Source: Saprospirales bacterium
GTDB taxonomy: Bacteria > Bacteroidota > Bacteroidia > Chitinophagales > Saprospiraceae
Length of the DNA stretch: 27,018 bases
NCBI GenBank assembly: GCA_024642645.1
Contig: JAHEAS010000001.1
Location: forward strand, 1-27,018
Direction: 5' to 3'
A model generated the notes under the pieces. The model was not told the DNA's origin. It searched no databases and saw only the letters and a list, made by a program, of their open reading frames with translations. Positions 1-7,234 of this stretch are shown here, in pieces; positions within the stretch are counted from its first letter, which is position 1, and each line of letters starts with the position of its first letter. Made by a program: the position numbers and the translations under genes.

Positions 1-29
1 CCATCTATTCCAACTTGGTCAAGTGCCAT
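1..29 (-). CDS. 5' end of an unidentified gene running off the left edge (MALDQVGID...)
   Basis: ATG at 29 on minus strand, open to the window edge, with an exact TAnnTTTG box upstream at 116-123. Only 9 codons visible, so no product can be assigned. Confidence 0.4.
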
Positions 30-115
30 TTGCTTTAATGTTTGTCTTTTGTGCCCGCCTAGGTCATTTCTTTTTCGTTTTGAAAACGTAAATTTTGCAT
101 TGCCCTTGGCGGCTG

Positions 116-123
116 CAAAAGTA
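116..123 (-). promoter_or_regulatory. Bacteroidota sigma-A -7 box (TACTTTTG)
   Basis: Exact match to TAnnTTTG on minus strand, 87 bp upstream of the ATG at 29. Confidence 0.6.
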
Positions 124-351
124 ACAAACGCTACCATTGAAAGCCCAATTGAGCAGCCGCAAATCAGCGATTAACACTTTATTCGTCTAAAAAAACTTCA
201 CCTCCCTTGTGTTTCTTTTTTTTGGGCAAAGCATTATTTGGTCAAAACCCTCCAGGAGGCAATATCAATTTCGCTAAAAACTCGACTTGCCATGTAACAC
301 GGCTACCATTTTTTTTCACACTACATTTTTAACGTTTAAACTATTTGTGCT

Positions 352-1863
352 ATGTCAATTCCTAAGGAGCCCCGCCAGCTCATGATCAACCTCATGTACC
401 TGGTGCTCACCTGTATGCTTGCCCTCAACGTTTCGGCGGAGGTGCTACAAGCCTTTTTCAGCATGGACAAAAGCCTCGGCGAGAGCAACCGCCTCGTCGA
501 AGGCTCCAACCAACAGCTCGTGCAGGCCATCGGCGACCAAGCCGCAGCCTATGCCCAGTTCCAACCTTACAAGGAAAAGGCCGCCCAAGCGCAGGCCATT
601 TCCACCGAGTTTTATGATTTTGTTGGCAAAATGCGGGACGGCCTGCTGGCCGAAGCTGGTGGCCCCGGCGACGATGGGTTGCCGCTTCGCAAAGCCGACA
701 AGGATATTCCCACCCGCCTCTTCCTCAATGAAGGTGGCGGCGACCGCCTCCAGAAAAAAGTGGAGGAAACCCGTGAAAAGTTACTGGCCCTTGTGGACGA
801 ACCAGCCGCCAAGCAAAGCCTTTCCGAGCGCATTCCATTGAAAATCAACGAATTGCCGAAAGACACCGACAAAAAATCATGGGCACAGTTTACCTTCCAG
901 CAGATGCCCGTTGCCGCCGTGCTGCCCATCCTCACCAAGTTTCAGAACGACGCCAAGGTGGCCGAAACCGCTATCCTCAACCACTTCGCAGGGAAGATGA
1001 ACATCACCGTGAAGCCCGACAAGTTCGCCCCGGTCATTGCTGCGGACAAAAGCTATGTCATCCGTGGCGAGGAGTTCAAGGGCGAAATTTTTCTGGCAGC
1101 CTACAGTTCCACCGCCGACAACATCGCCGTTAGCGTGGACGGAAAGGCGCTGCCCGTTCGGGATGGGAAGGCGGTTTTCGTGGCCAACCCGGGCAGTGTT
1201 GGCACCAAGCAGCACGAAATGGCCATCCGTCTCACGAACCCCCTCACGGGCGAGGCCGAGGTCTATCGCAAACAGTTCAGTTACGAGGTCGGCGACCGCT
1301 CCGTCACCGTCACTGCCGACCAGATGAACGTGATGTACATCGGCGTCGAGAACCCAGTGACCGTCGTGGCGGCGGGCATCCCCAGCGGCCAAATGAAGGT
1401 CAGTGCCGATGGCGTGACGCTCCGACCAAACGGCAACGGTAAGTTCACCGCTGTGCCGCAACGCATTGGCAAAGCCACTGTCACCGTCTCCGGCGGCGGC
1501 CTGAAACCCACCAGTTTTGAGTACCGGGTGAAGCGCATCCCCGACCCGGTGATGATGATGAGCAGGCACAAGGGAGGTCGCATCAGCGCCGGCGAGTTCA
1601 AGGCACAGATGGGGATTATCCCAATGCTCGAAGGCTTCGACTTCAACGCAAAGTGCGACGTGCAGGGCTTCAACGTGGTACGGGTGAGGAAAGGCGATGC
1701 CACCGAAGCTGCCAACCGCACCGGGCGTTTCGGCTCAGAAGCCCGCAGGCTCATCGACGATGCACAGCGTGGCGACATTTTTTACTTCGAAAAAATCAGG
1801 GTGAAATGCCCCGGCGATGAAGCTCCACGGGACATGGGCGGGATGATGTTCACGTTGATTTGA
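352..1863 (+). CDS. gldM: GldM/PorM paralog (second copy), T9SS/gliding motor rotor subunit, 503 aa
   Basis: N-terminus MSIPKEPRQLMINLMYLVLTCMLALNVSAEVL is the GldM/PorM TM signature; later motifs FQQMPVAAVLPILTKFQND, VSADQMNVMYIGVENP-like and YRVKRIPDP are collinear with the GldM at 8831-10456. Confidence 0.93.
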   Translation: MSIPKEPRQLMINLMYLVLTCMLALNVSAEVLQAFFSMDKSLGESNRLVEGSNQQLVQAIGDQAAAYAQFQPYKEKAAQAQAISTEFYDFVGKMRDGLLAEAGGPGDDGLPLRKADKDIPTRLFLNEGGGDRLQKKVEETREKLLALVDEPAAKQSLSERIPLKINELPKDTDKKSWAQFTFQQMPVAAVLPILTKFQNDAKVAETAILNHFAGKMNITVKPDKFAPVIAADKSYVIRGEEFKGEIFLAAYSSTADNIAVSVDGKALPVRDGKAVFVANPGSVGTKQHEMAIRLTNPLTGEAEVYRKQFSYEVGDRSVTVTADQMNVMYIGVENPVTVVAAGIPSGQMKVSADGVTLRPNGNGKFTAVPQRIGKATVTVSGGGLKPTSFEYRVKRIPDPVMMMSRHKGGRISAGEFKAQMGIIPMLEGFDFNAKCDVQGFNVVRVRKGDATEAANRTGRFGSEARRLIDDAQRGDIFYFEKIRVKCPGDEAPRDMGGMMFTLI

Positions 1864-1929
1864 TGAGAAAATACAGTTTTCAGCCGATTTTCGAAATCAA
1901 CTCATTTTCAATAATTTATCAAACCAAAC

Positions 1930-1963
1930 AAAGCGCCGTCGCTCCTTTTTGACAGCGTTTTTT
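1930..1963 (+). terminator. Imperfect hairpin plus U-tract between gldM2 and gldN2 (possible attenuator)
   Basis: AAAGCGCCGTC (1930-1940) / GACAGCGTTTT (1951-1961) with one mismatch and one G-U pair, ending in T6. Confidence 0.45.
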
Positions 1964-1976
1964 CAAAAAAAATTCG

Positions 1977-2777
1977 ATGGAAAAATTATCAATCCTTGCA
2001 GTGCTGACTGTCACTGCCCTGAACCTTTTTGCCCAGCCACTTGATGACATCGCTTTCCGAACCGTGGTGACGGATAAGCCCGTGCTTGCTTACGAACTGC
2101 CCAACGAGCGGGACCTTTTTTGGCAAAAACGGGTCTGGCGGGTACTGGATGTGCGGGAGAAAATCAACCTGCCGTTCATTTACCCCCAAGCACCGCTCTT
2201 CGACATCCTGACCAATGCCGCAAAAGCTGGCGAACTTACGCTTTACAGTGGTGAAAAAGACGACTTCTCCGTGCCGCTTTCCACCGAGGAACTCAATGTC
2301 ACGCTTTTCCGCCAGGACACGGTGATTGTGGCGCTGGATGAAACCAATATTGAAATTCGGGTGGTGGAAACGGAGGTGAACTACGAGGACGTTAAACGCT
2401 TCAGAATCAAGGAGGTATGGTATTTTGACAGCAAGACCTCGCAGCTTCGGGTGCGTATTTTGGGCATCGCCCCCATGCAGGAAATGTATACGGAAAACGG
2501 CGATTTTCTGGGCGAAAAGGCGCTGTTCTGGGTACACATGCCTAGTGCTAGACAATTGCTATCCAGGGAACTCGTGTTTACTGAGGGCAACGAAGCAGCC
2601 CGGATAACTTGGGAGGATTTGTTCGAAATGCGCAAGTTTTCCAGTTACATCATCAAAGATGGCAATGTGCGAGACAACCGCTTGCAAGACCTTTATACTG
2701 GTGTTGACCTGCTGCTGGAGGCAGAAAAAATCAACCAGGAAATCTTCAATTACGAGCACGACATCTGGTCGTATTGA
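1977..2777 (+). CDS. gldN: GldN/PorN paralog (second copy), 266 aa
   Basis: Signal-peptide-like N-terminus; FWQKRVWRVLDVREKINLPF, RFRIKEVWYFD, VRILGIAP, ITWEDLFEMRKFSSYI and EHDIWSY motifs, collinear with the GldN at 7882-8751. Confidence 0.92.
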   Translation: MEKLSILAVLTVTALNLFAQPLDDIAFRTVVTDKPVLAYELPNERDLFWQKRVWRVLDVREKINLPFIYPQAPLFDILTNAAKAGELTLYSGEKDDFSVPLSTEELNVTLFRQDTVIVALDETNIEIRVVETEVNYEDVKRFRIKEVWYFDSKTSQLRVRILGIAPMQEMYTENGDFLGEKALFWVHMPSARQLLSRELVFTEGNEAARITWEDLFEMRKFSSYIIKDGNVRDNRLQDLYTGVDLLLEAEKINQEIFNYEHDIWSY

Positions 2778-2792
2778 GTGATGTTTGCACAA

Positions 2793-2823
2793 AAGCCCCG
2801 GCAGTTTGCACTTGCCGGGGCTT
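2793..2823. terminator. Bidirectional intrinsic terminator between convergent gldN2 and the M56 gene
   Basis: 11-bp perfect stem AAGCCCCGGCA / TGCCGGGGCTT with A-rich and T-rich flanks. Confidence 0.85.
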
Positions 2824-2846
2824 CGTTTTTGGTGCGAAATCGGACT

Positions 2847-4970
2847 CTACATTGTGCCCTTTTTCTTGGCCTTGTTTTTTTCCATTTGCTTTTTTTGCAA
2901 TTCTTTTTCCAGCTGTTGTTGCTCTTTTTCCAACTTTAGTTGGAGGTGTTCCTGCGATTGGCGGGCATCTTGCTTCGACCGATTCAGGTCAAGTTCCAGT
3001 GCTTCCCGCTGAGAATCACTAGCTTTTTCCATTGCCTGTTCCATCACCTCGCGGTTTCGCTCCATCACACGATTGAGCTCTTCCTGAAGCGGGACCATTT
3101 GTTCTTCCATCATGGCCCTTTGGCGTTCCATAATGTCCTTCCATTCATTCGAATGTGCTTGTGCTCTTTCCACATCTGCCATCATCCGGAGTTTATCAGC
3201 GGAAAACGCCCTGTGAAATTCTTCCATTGCCTCTGGGCTTACCCGGAAATTATGCTCAAGGTCAAATTGGTCAGGGTCAAAATGAAAGGCTTCGGCGAAT
3301 TCAGGCGATTCAAAATTGAATTGAAAATCGTTTGCTGGAAAGTCGCCGTTCCAGGAGTTGTGACCGCTTGGCACATCCTGCATGATTATGGTTTTATCAC
3401 CCTTTTTCAGCCCAGTGATTTCTTGGCCGTTGACAATGATTGTGCCTTTCTTGCCATCTTTCACCTTGATTTCCACAGGGTCGCTGCCATCTTGGTTTTC
3501 GATGATAAACGTGGTGCCGTTGCCATCTTTTTTCGTGGTAATCGTTCGGGTTCGAGCGGGCGGTGCAGGTGGTGCTGGCGGAACTGGGAACTCGTGAAAA
3601 GCGGGGGGAGCAGGTGGCGTTGGCATCTCCGGCATTTCTGGAAACTCCGGCATCTCCGGTGCTTCGGGAGCTTCCGGCGGCTCAGGAATATCTGCCAAAA
3701 GTTCCTGAATTCGGTCTTCATAATCGCCGTACTGCGATGCCGGGATTTCCTTCCCGTCCACTTTCAGTAGGATGATTTTGTCGTCTTTCATCTTAAATTC
3801 AATATCCTCGTCATCGTTGTTGAAGTGGATATGGGCATTGTGGTTCCCGTCAGGAACGGTGTCGGCATGAACAAAGTAGCTGTCATTTGAAGCTGGCGTA
3901 ATGGCTTTCATGGGAAGCGCCTTTGACGCTACCCGGCTAATCAGGTTGCCAAAGGGAGTATTTGCTTGCACGGACAGTAGCACAACGGCCACGGTCAGCA
4001 GCAGGGTGGCTGAAAGTTTCTCCATAACATTAGATTTATTTTGTGAAGGTTGTAGAATACGTTGGATGCGCATGAGAAGCTGGTTTTTGTTTTTGGAAAA
4101 AGTCATCGCCAGCGCCGGGCTTGCAAGCTGCATTTCTTGCAAACTGACAAGTGCTTTCGCATAGGCAAGCGAGTTGCCGCATAGCCGTACAGCAATATCG
4201 TCACAGCAATTCTCTCGTTCGGTGCGCACATGAGCGGACATCCACCAAACTGCAGGGTTGAAGTAAAACAGGATTTCAACGAAGGACTGCAATAAGTTAA
4301 GCAGGTAGTCGTGCCGGGCGATATGGGCCAGTTCGTGAGCTAGAATGGCCTCTACTTGTGTGGGCGTGAGGTAATTCACCGCCCCAATTGGCAATAGAAC
4401 AATGGGCTTCAACCACCCGATTACCATCGGGGTGTGCGCCAGTGCGGATTCTAGCAGCTGCACTGGCCGCCTGATGTCTAGTTCCGCTGAAAGCTGCACC
4501 AGCCGTTCTTGCCATTGGTGTGGCAATTGGGCAGTCATTCGGGTTTTGAGGCGCTGGATGTACAACAACCCACCGAGCATTTTTAGCACAAAAAATACCA
4601 TCCCAACGAGCCAAACAGCAACGATTAACGGCATGTTCTGGCTAAAATATTCGTAAAAAAACGACTGGTCTCCTGCTGTTAAATATTGCCCCAGCAAGTT
4701 GCCATCTCCCCTATAAATGGTATTTGACAGTTCTCGCTGTGGGCTTCTTCTGTTCAGGTAAAAAATGAAAGTCCCCACAGCTAAGAGAAGCGTAACTGCC
4801 ATCGCCAAGTTTCCAGCCATATAGCGTTTTCTTGCATCGGTTTTTTGCCAGGCAAGCAAGTAAGCTGCCAGCAACAATGCAACAACGAAGGCTTGCCAAA
4901 GTGAGTGGAGCACCGTCCAGCCCAAGGCATGGAGGGTTTCAGTCGGCAGAATTTGATTGATGAGTTCCAT
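2847..4970 (-). CDS. M56 family (BlaR1/MecR1-like) metallopeptidase sensor-transducer, 707 aa
   Basis: LGWTVLHSLWQ, PMVIGWLKPIVLLP, AHELAHIARHDYLLN (HExxH), FYFNPAVWW and RENCCD motifs. Start chosen at ATG 4970 (MELINQ...) rather than the track's 5042. Directly downstream of a BlaI-family gene. Confidence 0.92.
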   Translation of the reverse strand: MELINQILPTETLHALGWTVLHSLWQAFVVALLLAAYLLAWQKTDARKRYMAGNLAMAVTLLLAVGTFIFYLNRRSPQRELSNTIYRGDGNLLGQYLTAGDQSFFYEYFSQNMPLIVAVWLVGMVFFVLKMLGGLLYIQRLKTRMTAQLPHQWQERLVQLSAELDIRRPVQLLESALAHTPMVIGWLKPIVLLPIGAVNYLTPTQVEAILAHELAHIARHDYLLNLLQSFVEILFYFNPAVWWMSAHVRTERENCCDDIAVRLCGNSLAYAKALVSLQEMQLASPALAMTFSKNKNQLLMRIQRILQPSQNKSNVMEKLSATLLLTVAVVLLSVQANTPFGNLISRVASKALPMKAITPASNDSYFVHADTVPDGNHNAHIHFNNDDEDIEFKMKDDKIILLKVDGKEIPASQYGDYEDRIQELLADIPEPPEAPEAPEMPEFPEMPEMPTPPAPPAFHEFPVPPAPPAPPARTRTITTKKDGNGTTFIIENQDGSDPVEIKVKDGKKGTIIVNGQEITGLKKGDKTIIMQDVPSGHNSWNGDFPANDFQFNFESPEFAEAFHFDPDQFDLEHNFRVSPEAMEEFHRAFSADKLRMMADVERAQAHSNEWKDIMERQRAMMEEQMVPLQEELNRVMERNREVMEQAMEKASDSQREALELDLNRSKQDARQSQEHLQLKLEKEQQQLEKELQKKQMEKNKAKKKGTM
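3560..3686 (-). repeat. Pro-rich low-complexity linker built from degenerate 9-bp units (PEx/PPA tripeptides)
   Basis: Encodes PEPPEAPEAPEMPEFPEMPEMPTPPAPPAFHEFPVPPAPPAPP inside the M56 gene; boundaries approximate. Confidence 0.75.
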
Positions 4971-5046
4971 TTTTGAAAAGGTAAATTTTAAAAGGAAAAG
5001 GTGGAAGAAGCTGGTGCCGTCAATGAGTACCAGTAATCCCAATATT

Positions 5047-5433
5047 CTAACCCTCGTTTTCCATCTTCTCTATCAGTGCCTTGATTTGGTCGAGTTCGTC
5101 CTTGGAGGCTTTGTGGTTGCCAAGCGCCTGCATTACGAGGTCCATTGCCGAGCCGCTGAAGACGTTATCTACGAAGGTGCCAAGCAAATTACGCTGAGTA
5201 GCATCACGTTCTTGGGCGGCTTCGTAAATATGGCTTCGAGCGTCGGTGTTGCGTTGGACTAGGCCTTTTTCATGCATTATTTGCATGAGTTTGAGGGTAG
5301 TTGTGTAGCCCACTTCTCTACGCTCGGCTAGTTGGTCATTGACAAATCGGACGGAGCTTGGACCATTTTCCCACAAGACTTGCAGGATTTCCAACTCTGA
5401 ATCTGTAGGCTTCGAAATTATTTTGTTTGCCAT
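5047..5433 (-). CDS. BlaI/MecI/CopY family transcriptional repressor, 128 aa
   Basis: PTDSELEILQVLW, GYTTTLKLMQIMHEKGLV, SHIYEA, VFSGSAMDLVMQAL signature; adjacent to M56 peptidase. Confidence 0.95.
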   Translation of the reverse strand: MANKIISKPTDSELEILQVLWENGPSSVRFVNDQLAERREVGYTTTLKLMQIMHEKGLVQRNTDARSHIYEAAQERDATQRNLLGTFVDNVFSGSAMDLVMQALGNHKASKDELDQIKALIEKMENEG

Positions 5434-5473
5434 TTTTTAAATTTGAATGAATGTTCGAAATCATCTAGCTTTT

Positions 5474-5548
5474 ACTACGATAACTTTCGTAGTGCAAGTA
5501 TATACGAATATCTTCGTAAGTCAAAATTATCTTACGAATTTTTTCGTA
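5474..5548. promoter_or_regulatory. Three TACGA-N6-TCGTA palindromes (probable BlaI operators) interleaved with the blaI promoter
   Basis: Sites at 5476-5491, 5503-5518 and 5533-5548. Minus-strand TTTG (5522-5525), 19-bp spacer and TATACTTG (5495-5502, one mismatch to TAnnTTTG) fall between them. Confidence 0.8.
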
Positions 5549-5683
5549 GAAGAGGTGAATCTTGTTTGCAAAGCAAGTATTACCAGTAATTTGACCAACT
5601 TTAACGGCGATTTAAGAGATAGGCAGTTCTATTTGGCAACCGTTCGATGGGTTCGCTGTTATTCTCGTACAAAAAAAATTCCG

Positions 5684-6334
5684 ATGAAAATTCTAATCAT
5701 TCCAGTAATTATGCTCGGCATCGTATTTGGCTCCTGTGCACAAACAAAACAGAAGCAAGCTACAGCCAAGGCTAACCAAACAGTTCAAACCATGCAGAAT
5801 AGCAACTTGTCCACCGCCACATTTGGAGGTGGTTGCTTCTGGTGTACAGAAGCTATTTTTCAACAATTAAAAGGTGTTGAGTCGGTGGCATCGGGTTACG
5901 CTGGCGGCAAGGTGAATAACCCAAGCTACCGGGAGGTTTGTAACGGAACGACTGGCCATGCAGAAGCTATCCAGGTAATGTTCGACCCAGCGGTTATCTC
6001 ATACGAGCAGCTGCTGCAGGTCTTTTTCACTACGCACGACCCTACTACTAAGAATCGGCAAGGAGCAGATGTTGGGACACAATACCGATCAATAATTTTT
6101 TACCATGACGAGGCTCAAAAAGAACTTGCCGAAAAAGTTAAGAAGGAGTTTGCCCCAACGATATGGGACAACCCTATCGTGACAGAAATCGATTCATATT
6201 CAAACTTCTTCAAAGCAGAAGATTACCATCAAAACTATTTCAACGACAATTCGGAGCAGGGATACTGCCGCATCGTCATCAACCCCAAAGTGCAGAAGTT
6301 CAGGAAACAGTACGCTGATTGGTTGAAAGAATAA
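5684..6334 (+). CDS. msrA: Peptide-methionine (S)-S-oxide reductase MsrA with predicted lipoprotein signal, 216 aa
   Basis: FGGGCFWC active site, GYAGG, TTGHAE, FFTTHDPT, RQGADVGTQYRS, AEDYHQNY. Start set at ATG 5684 (MKILIIPVIMLGIVFGSC); the track's extension to 5447 runs through the operator region. Confidence 0.95.
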   Translation: MKILIIPVIMLGIVFGSCAQTKQKQATAKANQTVQTMQNSNLSTATFGGGCFWCTEAIFQQLKGVESVASGYAGGKVNNPSYREVCNGTTGHAEAIQVMFDPAVISYEQLLQVFFTTHDPTTKNRQGADVGTQYRSIIFYHDEAQKELAEKVKKEFAPTIWDNPIVTEIDSYSNFFKAEDYHQNYFNDNSEQGYCRIVINPKVQKFRKQYADWLKE

Positions 6335-6352
6335 ATTTTAAAACCTTTACAA

Positions 6353-6730
6353 ATGGCTGGAAAATCAAAAGAAAATTGGAAGAAGCTGACAGCAGCAGAG
6401 GAGCGGATCATTTCCAACAAAGGAACTGAGTACCCTTTTACTGGCGAGTACGACAAGCATTTTGTTGCTGGCACCTATATCTGCCGACGTTGTGAATCGC
6501 CGCTGTACCGCTCAGCTGACAAATTCAATTCAGGTTGCGGCTGGCCTGCCTTCGACGATGAAATACCCGGTGCTGTCCGACATGAAGCAGATGCCGATGG
6601 CCGACGTGTGGAAATTCTCTGTGCCAATTGCGATGGTCATCTCGGCCATGTTTTCTCCGGCGAGCGGCTGACAGCCAAAAATACCCGGCACTGCGTGAAC
6701 TCACTTTCCATGCGCTTTGTGCCTGAATAA
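6353..6730 (+). CDS. msrB: Methionine-R-sulfoxide reductase MsrB (Zn-binding type), 125 aa
   Basis: [12 protein letters not shown] and CANC zinc pairs, [24 protein letters not shown] catalytic motif. Confidence 0.96.
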   Translation: MAGKSKENWKKLTAAEERIISNKGTEYPFTGEYDKHFVAGTYICRRCESPLYRSADKFNSGCGWPAFDDEIPGAVRHEADADGRRVEILCANCDGHLGHVFSGERLTAKNTRHCVNSLSMRFVPE

Positions 6731-6870
6731 TTGTTACCCATCAAAGTCTAACAAAAATCATAACAAAATATTTCCATGATTTGACATTTTTTTATTATAT
6801 TACCTGCCAACCAGTTGGCAAGCTTTGTCAGCTAGACGGAATTTATTCCTTAACCATTAAAACTTAAAAC

Positions 6871-7074
6871 ATGGCAGTAATGAAAGTCATCGAAATTTTG
6901 TCAGAATCTGACAAAAGCTGGGAGGATGCAACCCGAAAGGGCATCGAAAAAGCATCAAAATCAATCAAAGGCATCCGCTCTGCTTGGGTTCAGAGCCAAA
7001 GCGTAACGCTCAACGAGAGTGGCGGCGTGGCTAGTTTTCGCGTAAACCTAAAACTCTCTTTTGAGGTTTTATAG
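6871..7074 (+). CDS. Dodecin family protein, 67 aa
   Basis: KVIEILSESDKSWEDA...FRVNLKLSFEV matches the size and pattern of dodecin-family proteins. Confidence 0.88.
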   Translation: MAVMKVIEILSESDKSWEDATRKGIEKASKSIKGIRSAWVQSQSVTLNESGGVASFRVNLKLSFEVL

Positions 7075-7091
7075 GCTTTAAACCTCCCGAA

Positions 7092-7125
7092 AAGCCCCCA
7101 TGGAACTTAAGTTGCACGGGGGCTT
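7092..7125 (+). terminator. Intrinsic terminator after dodecin
   Basis: AAGCCCCC / GGGGGCTT stem with extended inner pairing, followed by a T-rich tail. Confidence 0.75.
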
Positions 7126-7180
7126 CTTATTTTTGCCCAATGCCTTGACTTAGATTGTTTAGCAAAACTGGGCATTAACC

Positions 7181-7188
7181 TACATTTG
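7181..7188 (+). promoter_or_regulatory. Bacteroidota -7 box (TACATTTG)
   Basis: Exact TAnnTTTG, 47 bp before ATG 7235; TTTA at 7158-7161 lies 19 bp upstream. Confidence 0.6.
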
Positions 7189-7234
7189 TTCATGGCCAAG
7201 CGTTTTGCTTTAAATTTTTGAAATACTTTAAGTA

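Noticed and set aside
2940-3770. 276-aa plus-strand ORF
   Set aside because: Antisense shadow of the M56 C-terminus; likewise the other short overlapping ORFs in the track.
5447-5683. N-terminal extension of the MsrA ORF in the track (295 aa)
   Set aside because: Runs through the operator/promoter region and resembles no protein; ATG 5684 gives a proper signal peptide.
6353-6730. Possible selenocysteine in MsrB or MsrA
   Set aside because: Catalytic positions are ordinary Cys codons; no in-frame TGA.
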